A stretch of DNA of 64,000 nt from an uncultured Clostridia bacterium (GTDB lineage Bacteria; Bacillota; Clostridia; TANB77; CAG-508). Below the pieces are notes generated by a model, which saw only the letters and a program-made list of their open reading frames with translations, searched no databases and had not been told where the DNA came from. Location: positions 21,587-85,586 of the forward strand of contig CALXXZ010000006.1 in the NCBI GenBank assembly GCA_944392805.1. Direction: 5' to 3'. The position numbers were made by a program, and so were the translations under genes. This document shows, in pieces, positions 57,778 to 64,000 of this stretch (position 1 is the stretch's first letter; the number at the start of each line of letters is the position of its first letter).

Positions 57778-57808
57778 AATTTCATCCTCCTATAATACTT
57801 TGATTTCA

Positions 57809-59164
57809 TTATGCCTCCTTTAATCTTTTTTTAGGAGTATACATAGATTTGAATACATATGTAATTAACAATAATATACTATTTACTGAAAACATAACTA
57901 TTGAAATGGCTGAAAAGTTTTCTGGTAGACAACCTGTCCCATATGCAAGACTAATCATTAGCATAACAGCTGTATTATATGGTATTAAAGTCGATGTAGC
58001 ACATGATAGTCCATCAAATATATTTGCTTTTTCTATTTGTGTCTTATTTTTAAAGCATTTGTCTATGAACTTACTAATTAAAGACATCGCAGCAGTATTA
58101 TTAGATATTAACAATACTGATGAAATTATAGTTAATGCAGCTAGTCCGTTAGTTCTAGCTGGACTTTTACTACTTTTTACTTTTTTATCAATATATTCCT
58201 CCAACATATCTACAGGTATAAATTCTGTTAGAATAAATAAGAAAATCCAAAATACAATAACTCCAAAAACACCTTCTATGCCAGAAATTATAGGACTATT
58301 TGCACTAAACATATCTCCAAAAGTTACAAATCCGAATGCCATGGCTAGAATAATTGCAAACACATCACATATTAATAAAACTGAAATTAAGTCATTCTTT
58401 TTTAGTAATAAGAACATCATTAATATAAAAACAACTAACATAAATAGTGGCATCAACGAATCACTTGCATAAACTTCAATATTATCTGTTGGATTTGTGA
58501 TTAACAAATGACCTAAAATTATAAAGATAACTGTTGAAAATACTGCACAACCCAAAGATATTTTTACTCTTTCCTTTAATGTATCTAGCAAATTAACTTT
58601 CATTGTATTTACGGAAATTATTGTAGTATCTGATATAGGTGATAAATTATCACCAAAACCACCACCACACATAATGGCTCCTAATGCTAGCGCAGGATTA
58701 CAATTTAATGATACTGCAATTGGTAGAAAAATGGGTACCACTATAGAATATGTACCAGTATTTGTCCCAATAAAAGTTGATATTAGACAACATATAATGA
58801 ACATTATAGCAGGTATAAATTCTGGTCCAACACCAGTATTTATAAAAATCGTTAAAAGCGCATTTGAAACACCTGTTACTTTTAATATACTGGATAATAT
58901 TCCTGCTAAAATAAAGATAAGAACATATGTCAATAAAGTATTACTTTTTAAATTCTCAATACATTTATTTCCAAACTCCTTTTTATTTTTTGATAATAAA
59001 TAAGTTAAAAATATAGCAAAAAATCCAATTATCCAAAAAGTTTTTAGAGAAGCTCTTTTCAATATAACTAAAGTTATTATACTAATAATCAAAAAAACAA
59101 TTGGGATAAAAATAGCTTTTCTTCCTAAATAAAATTCATTATTCGTTTCGTTTTTATTTTCCAT
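57809..59164 (-). CDS. NhaC-family membrane transporter (Na+/H+ antiporter NhaC-like; substrate unknown)
   Basis: 451 aa, about 11-12 transmembrane helices. ...GGGFGDNLSPISDTTI... is typical of NhaC family proteins. Confidence 0.7.
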   Translation of the reverse strand: MENKNETNNEFYLGRKAIFIPIVFLIISIITLVILKRASLKTFWIIGFFAIFLTYLLSKNKKEFGNKCIENLKSNTLLTYVLIFILAGILSSILKVTGVSNALLTIFINTGVGPEFIPAIMFIICCLISTFIGTNTGTYSIVVPIFLPIAVSLNCNPALALGAIMCGGGFGDNLSPISDTTIISVNTMKVNLLDTLKERVKISLGCAVFSTVIFIILGHLLITNPTDNIEVYASDSLMPLFMLVVFILMMFLLLKKNDLISVLLICDVFAIILAMAFGFVTFGDMFSANSPIISGIEGVFGVIVFWIFLFILTEFIPVDMLEEYIDKKVKSSKSPARTNGLAALTIISSVLLISNNTAAMSLISKFIDKCFKNKTQIEKANIFDGLSCATSTLIPYNTAVMLMISLAYGTGCLPENFSAISIVMFSVNSILLLITYVFKSMYTPKKRLKEA

Positions 59165-59204
59165 TTTTTCATTTCCCCTCTTAGTTCATTTAATAAATTA
59201 ATTT

Positions 59205-60230
59205 TTAAATTATTTTTTGTAATATATTTTTTTGTTTTTCGTTTAATTCTTCAGTTGGTATTTTTCTTAAGTCTTCTATTTTTGTAATAAAATATTCACA
59301 TAGTATACCTTTTAGTATTTTTTTATCTTCTGATGAGATATCTTTAAATTTTGAAACAATTATGTCATACTCCGTTTTATCTTTTAACTGTTTCTGTTGT
59401 ACATTCCAATTTTTATATTCATATTCTATATATTCTTCGGCAGACTTAAACAAGCCTTCTTCAAATACTTTATTTTCTATTTCCTTAGTTATTGAAAGCA
59501 TTTCTTTTCTTCTTCTTAATACATCTTCTTCTGAAACTTCATTCACTACAAAACAATTTTCAATTCTTTTCTCTATATTATTAGGACAGAAGTCAAGAGT
59601 ACCCAATAGAGATATTTTCCATTTTGCAGCAGGTGGAAATTTTTTGTCATATACAAAAAGAAGATCAGTTACATAGTTTAATCCTTGATTCAATAAATCC
59701 ATTGCATTAAAAATCAACCCTCTTTTTACTGCATTTAAAGGATTAACTTCTACCATCCAGTAAATTCTTGATAATAGATGAGATAGTAATAGTTTTCTAT
59801 ATTCTTCTGTAAATACTGTTTTTTCTTTAATCAATTTTTCTATTTTTCCGTTTCTGTCAAAAATAATCTCACAAGCATATTTATAAAACTCTTTTTTATA
59901 ATCATGCCAATTTGAATTTTTCTCTTCATTATAAATTTTTTGATGAAAATTTACTTCCATTGTCTTATCTATACCATTTGGATCTGTTATAACAATATAA
60001 AATGAAAAAGGTGGCAACCAATCAGGTAAGTGTTCTCTGTCAACATTGAGAAAAATTCCAATATCAATATCTGAGTATTCATCAATAAAATCTTTGTATT
60101 CAGTGTTTGCAAGTCCACTTAAATAGACTATTCCTTCAACTTCTGGATATTCTTTTAATTTCTGTATCAATTTATCCATTCTTTTTCTGACTATTGGCTT
60201 TATGTTTTTAGTCTTTATTCCTTTTATCAT
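59205..60230 (-). CDS. Nucleotidyltransferase-fold protein (Lnu/ANT-like minimal NTase + helical domain)
   Basis: 341 aa. GIVYLSGLANTEYKDFIDEYSDIDIGIFL matches the GS-x9-13-D-x-D/E NTase motif, as in lincosamide/aminoglycoside nucleotidyltransferases. First gene of the operon. Confidence 0.5.
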   Translation of the reverse strand: MIKGIKTKNIKPIVRKRMDKLIQKLKEYPEVEGIVYLSGLANTEYKDFIDEYSDIDIGIFLNVDREHLPDWLPPFSFYIVITDPNGIDKTMEVNFHQKIYNEEKNSNWHDYKKEFYKYACEIIFDRNGKIEKLIKEKTVFTEEYRKLLLSHLLSRIYWMVEVNPLNAVKRGLIFNAMDLLNQGLNYVTDLLFVYDKKFPPAAKWKISLLGTLDFCPNNIEKRIENCFVVNEVSEEDVLRRRKEMLSITKEIENKVFEEGLFKSAEEYIEYEYKNWNVQQKQLKDKTEYDIIVSKFKDISSEDKKILKGILCEYFITKIEDLRKIPTEELNEKQKNILQKII

Positions 60231-60434
60231 AATATTCCTCCTATATTCATTAATATTTATTTTTTATAAAACAAAAAGCCAAAGAAAAAAATCCTTTGAC
60301 TTTTATTTTTAAAATTTAGACACAAAAATAGAATAGTTAATTTTATTACATTTATTCTTTTTAAATGATTTTGTATTATTAATCATCTTAATTATCATTT
60401 TATTACTCCTAACATTATATAAAAAATTGCAAAA

Positions 60435-60472
60435 TCCGAGATTATTATACCATTTCTTTTATCTTTTGTCAA
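60435..60472 (-). promoter_or_regulatory. Candidate sigma-A promoter for the nine-gene radical-SAM operon
   Basis: On the minus strand TTGACA-17 nt-TATAAT (plus-strand tgtcaa at ~60467-60472 and attata at ~60438-60443). It gives a ~190-nt AT-rich leader before the NTase gene. Confidence 0.4.
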
Positions 60473-60534
60473 TTTTTTTGTCGCATATACAAAAAAATAA
60501 AAGAATTGACAAATTCTTTATTTTTTACTTTTTT

Positions 60535-60609
60535 TGGAGGCGTTGGACGGATTCGAACCGACGAATCAGAGTTTTGCAGACTCATGCCTTACCACTTGGC
60601 TACAACGCC
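60535..60609 (-). tRNA. tRNA-Cys (anticodon GCA)
   Basis: Reverse complement reads ggcgttgtagccaagtggtaaggcatgagtctgcaaaactctgattcgtcggttcgaatccgtccaacgcctcca. Anticodon loop ctGCAaa, T-arm GGTTCGAAT, 3' CCA. It lies directly downstream of cysS. Confidence 0.85.
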
Positions 60610-60678
60610 ATATTTATAATATCGATTAGACTGGAGAAAATATCCCCAAATCTAATCGATAGACCTACTTTATAACTT

Positions 60679-62154
60679 TTATTGGTTAAAATTATAAAGT
60701 GCTTTTAAGTCCCAGACAGTGCCTTCCCTTGTATCCTTTACAAGAATACCTTTTTCTTCAAGCTCATTTCTGATTGCATCAGCTTTTTCAAAGTCTTTAC
60801 TTTTTTTAGCCTCTGCCCTCTTAGAAATCTGGACTTCAACATCTTCTACATCGATGTTAAGCTTTTTAAGGTACTTCTCCTTCATTTCTGAAAGGAATTT
60901 CTCTGGTTCCTGCTCGAAAAATCCTAAAATTTTGTAAACACTTTTTAGATCTTTCAAAACCTTTGCCAAAGTGTTAGCTACTATCTGTTTGTTCGCCTTC
61001 TTAGCCGATTTCATCACGTTATTCACATACTTGAAAATTGTATGTAAATTGGCTATTGCCAATGCTGAGTTAAAATCATCATCCATCACCTCAATAAATC
61101 TGGAAATGATGGTATTAGGAATTTCATCTTTCAAAATTTCTGATGTAGCGTCTCCTCCATTACTAGAAATAAATTCTTCCATTGCCTTAATTGTACTATA
61201 GAAATAATACATATGCCCTTCTGAAAGTTGGAAATCACTATCATGAAGATCAATGTCTGATGTATAATGCTTAGAAAGTATAGTATGTTTAATCACTTCA
61301 TAGTTGTACTTTTCTAAAGCATCCCTTATCGTTAGAGAATTGCCTAACGATTTCCCCATCTTTTGTCCATTAATCTTTATGAGACCACAATGAGTCCAAT
61401 AATTTGCAAACGTCTTTCCTGTTAAAGATTCACTTTGTGCAATCTCATTTTCATGATGTGGGAATACTAAATCTTTTCCACCACCATGAATATCAATTGT
61501 TTCTCCTAGGGTATCCAAAGCCATTGCTGAGCACTCAATGTGCCAACCAGGTCTTCCATTTCCCCAAGGTGATTTCCAAGAAATCTCTCCAGGCTTTGCG
61601 GCTTTCCAAAGTGCAAAATCAACTGGATCTTCTTTTTCTTCATCGAGTTCGATGCGAACGCCGTTTCTTAGTTCTTCGACTTTTCTATGAGATAACTTCC
61701 CATAGTCTTTGTCAGTCTTTACTGAAAAATAAACATCTCCATTCTTTGTAACATATGCATGGCCTTTTTCGATAAGTCCTTCCACAAATTTTATAATTTG
61801 TGGAATGTACTCAGATGCCTTGGTCATGATATCCGCATTCTTAACATGTAGAGCTGCCATATCTTTTTCAGTTTCGAGAATCTGCTCTCTAGAAAATTCC
61901 AAAGCATTTTTTCCCAATTCATTAGCTCTATTGATGATCTTGTCATCAACATCAGTGTAGTTACGTACGTATGTCACGTGGTATCCTCTATATCTGAGAT
62001 ATTCCGTAATCATATCATAGTCAATTGCTTGCCTAGCATGACCAATATGACTCAAGTCATATACAGTAATACCGCAAGCATACATTTTTACTTCGCCTTG
62101 TTTTAAAGGTACAAATTCTTCTTTCTTCCCATTCATAGAGTTTGTGATTTTCAT
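60679..62154 (-). CDS. cysS: Cysteinyl-tRNA synthetase
   Basis: 491 aa. HIGH motif (LSHIGHARQ), KMSKS (KMGKSLGN), and Zn-binding Cys/His. A perfect 10-bp inverted repeat (atcgattaga...tctaatcgat) lies between cysS and tRNA-Cys. Confidence 0.9.
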   Translation of the reverse strand: MKITNSMNGKKEEFVPLKQGEVKMYACGITVYDLSHIGHARQAIDYDMITEYLRYRGYHVTYVRNYTDVDDKIINRANELGKNALEFSREQILETEKDMAALHVKNADIMTKASEYIPQIIKFVEGLIEKGHAYVTKNGDVYFSVKTDKDYGKLSHRKVEELRNGVRIELDEEKEDPVDFALWKAAKPGEISWKSPWGNGRPGWHIECSAMALDTLGETIDIHGGGKDLVFPHHENEIAQSESLTGKTFANYWTHCGLIKINGQKMGKSLGNSLTIRDALEKYNYEVIKHTILSKHYTSDIDLHDSDFQLSEGHMYYFYSTIKAMEEFISSNGGDATSEILKDEIPNTIISRFIEVMDDDFNSALAIANLHTIFKYVNNVMKSAKKANKQIVANTLAKVLKDLKSVYKILGFFEQEPEKFLSEMKEKYLKKLNIDVEDVEVQISKRAEAKKSKDFEKADAIRNELEEKGILVKDTREGTVWDLKALYNFNQ

Positions 62155-62421
62155 TGCTAATGACCTCCTTAAAATTTGCTTTTTTCAAGTTTCTTACAAA
62201 CAGATAGCATTACCTTAGAAAGTTTAAACGATGTATTTAATTCATCGCCTAAAATTTTTCAGGCAATTACTATATGATTGAATACCAGTATTATATCATA
62301 ATAATTGCTATTTTTCAAGTTTTTGAGTTAAATACTCATAATATTATGCATTCTCTTATATTTTAATTTTATTATTATTATTATATCATTATTACAAAAT
62401 TATCAAATAATTTACTTTATG

Positions 62422-63387
62422 CTATTCTTCATGGCTTAATAATTCAACTTTATTGGAAATAAATTCTTTATTATTATCGATATCTCTAAACAAATCTGTA
62501 GATAAATATTTCTTATTATCATCTGCAAATACTGTAACTACATTATCTTCTATTTCATCCGCAAGTAATATGCTACCAATCAAATTTGCTCCCGATGAAA
62601 TTCCAACTCCAATTCCTAATTGTTTAGATAATTTTCTAGACATATTAATTGCATCCTCATCATTTATTTGTATAATTTTATCAATTTTATTTTTATCCAC
62701 TAATTCTGGAATAAAATCATCTCCAATCCCCTCTATTTTGTGTTGTCCTATCACTTTTCCCCCAGATAGAATTGGCATTTTGGCTGGTTCTATAGCAGTT
62801 ATACATATATCATTATATTTCTCTTTTAACTTATCTCCTATTCCCATCAAAGTTCCTCCTGTACCTATGCCAGATACAAATCCTCCTATTTTTTCTGGGA
62901 TTTGATTTAATATTTCTTCTCCCGTTGTTTCATAATGAGCTAGATAATTATCTTTATTTGCAAATTGATTAGCACAAAAACCATTTAACTCTTTAGCTAA
63001 TTTTTTTGCTTCATTTACACACCTTATAAATCCACCTTCTTCTTTTGAAAATAAAAATACTTTAGCGCCATACCCTTCCATTAATTTAATCCTTTCTTTG
63101 CTTACCCAATCAGGCATGAAAATATATACTGGATGTTTATAAAAAGTTCCTAATGCTGACAGTGCAATACCTGTATTTCCACTTGTTGCCTCAACTATTG
63201 GCATTCCATCTTTCAGTATTCCTCTTTTTTTAGCATTATTAATTATATAAAAAGCTACTCTATCTTTAATACTTCCTGTTAAGTTAAAATATTCTAGTTT
63301 AACAAATATTTTTTTTATCTTTCCATTATATTTATAAATTATTTTTGTCATTGGTGTATTCCCTATAATTTCATTTTTTTTATACAT
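62422..63387 (-). CDS. cysK: Cysteine synthase (O-acetylserine sulfhydrylase family, PLP-dependent)
   Basis: 321 aa. PLP-lysine motif LTGSIKDRVA, glycine-rich loop GIGTGGTLMG, and ...EATSGNTGIALS. Confidence 0.8.
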   Translation of the reverse strand: MYKKNEIIGNTPMTKIIYKYNGKIKKIFVKLEYFNLTGSIKDRVAFYIINNAKKRGILKDGMPIVEATSGNTGIALSALGTFYKHPVYIFMPDWVSKERIKLMEGYGAKVFLFSKEEGGFIRCVNEAKKLAKELNGFCANQFANKDNYLAHYETTGEEILNQIPEKIGGFVSGIGTGGTLMGIGDKLKEKYNDICITAIEPAKMPILSGGKVIGQHKIEGIGDDFIPELVDKNKIDKIIQINDEDAINMSRKLSKQLGIGVGISSGANLIGSILLADEIEDNVVTVFADDNKKYLSTDLFRDIDNNKEFISNKVELLSHEE

Positions 63388-63731
63388 TCTGAATTCCTCC
63401 TTAAAACTTTTAATGTTATATACAACAAAAAAACTATGTGTAATATTAAAATGCCCACATAGTCTTATAATTTATTTTATAAAATATAATCTTTCTGTAG
63501 GCATGAATTTTAATACTCATGTCTACAATAGACAGAGTATTACTTCATACAACAACAGCAATTAGAGATTATATTTATTAGTATCATTTATATCTTTCCC
63601 TTCTTTATTAATTTATTTTATTATATGTTTTTTAATCATTTTTGTCAATAACATTTTAAATTTTTTTAAGAATTTTGAAATGGGTGTCCTAATAGGACTC
63701 CCATTATGAAGTTCAGTTTTTACATTGCATC

Positions 63732-64000
63732 TTACTTTACAATAATTTTCATTATTGTATCATCCATAGTTTTTGAGGTTTCACTTTCCAATATAGATAC
63801 ATTTTTTATTGTATCTATAAGAGTTTCTCGAGCAATTCCGACTTTTTGCATAATCTTACTATTACTTGACATTGCCATATTAGCTGCATAAACAGCCATT
63901 ATACAACATACTAAGACTTTCATAGCACAAGTGCTTTTAGCTCCATCGCAGAACATTCCAGTAACAGAAGCTAAAACATTTTTTACCGCATATTCTGCAT
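63732..64000 (-). CDS. L-cysteine desulfidase-like (UPF0597 / serine-dehydratase-like) protein, C-terminal part; the gene continues beyond the window end
   Basis: The reverse-strand frame is open to position 64000 (...AEYAVKNVLASVTGMFCDGAKSTCAMKVLVCCIMAVYAANMAM...). The CDGAKSTCAMK motif is recalled from the CdsB/YhaM family. An imperfect terminator hairpin follows at ~63685-63705. Confidence 0.45.
   Translation of the reverse strand, partial: AEYAVKNVLASVTGMFCDGAKSTCAMKVLVCCIMAVYAANMAMSSNSKIMQKVGIARETLIDTIKNVSILESETSKTMDDTIMKIIVK

Noticed and set aside
62155-62421. Looked for a T-box leader upstream of cysS and upstream of cysK (63388-63731)
   Set aside because: No T-box consensus (AATTAGGGTGGTACCGCG or its complement) and no specifier-loop/antiterminator arrangement is visible in either region. 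Only AT-rich sequence with simple hairpins is present.
1-64000. CRISPR arrays and rRNA genes
   Set aside because: No array of regularly spaced 25-40-bp direct repeats with unique spacers was seen. The only tandem repeats are the 48-nt x2.2 antitoxin-like repeats and a 12-bp x5 coding repeat. There are no rRNA-like segments.

Overview
This is a low-GC (roughly 25-30% GC) chromosome segment from a spore-forming member of the Clostridia. Evidence: spoIVA, cotJA, cotJB and cotJC are present, and GGAGG ribosome-binding sites are typical. The first ~32 kb is mostly housekeeping: lysS, tRNA-Thr, a UDP-sugar pyrophosphorylase, spoIVA, tsaB-rimI, prs, a truncated nrdD, asd-dapA, a 1436-aa activase/dehydratase fusion, ABC transporters and tsaC. 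A ~150-bp MITE-like repeat family occurs in this stretch. From ~32 kb onward the sequence is accessory and mosaic. The strongest finding is that cotJC is split into a C-terminal piece (32238..32642) and an N-terminal piece (41202..41408). The ~8.5-kb insertion between them carries a large serine recombinase, a heterodimeric ABC exporter, a sortase B with a TPKTG-type substrate, and a type III toxin-antitoxin locus. This looks like a skin-like intervening element that would have to be excised to rebuild the coat gene. A further ~6.9 kb lies between cotJB and the cotJC start. It holds a second, frameshifted serine recombinase 64 bp from the cotJC ATG, two sigma/anti-sigma pairs, a Spo0A-like pseudo-receiver protein and a GC-atypical secreted protein gene. 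Downstream of cotJA sit a third sigma/anti-sigma pair and a compact nine-gene operon with three radical-SAM/SPASM enzymes, a nucleosidase, an SDR, a HAD phosphatase, a histidine phosphatase, an Lnu-like nucleotidyltransferase and an NhaC transporter; no precursor peptide is evident. The window ends with tRNA-Cys, cysS, cysK and a partial cysteine-desulfidase-like gene. No CRISPR array and no rRNA were seen. Hand-counted coordinates may be off by 1-2 bp.
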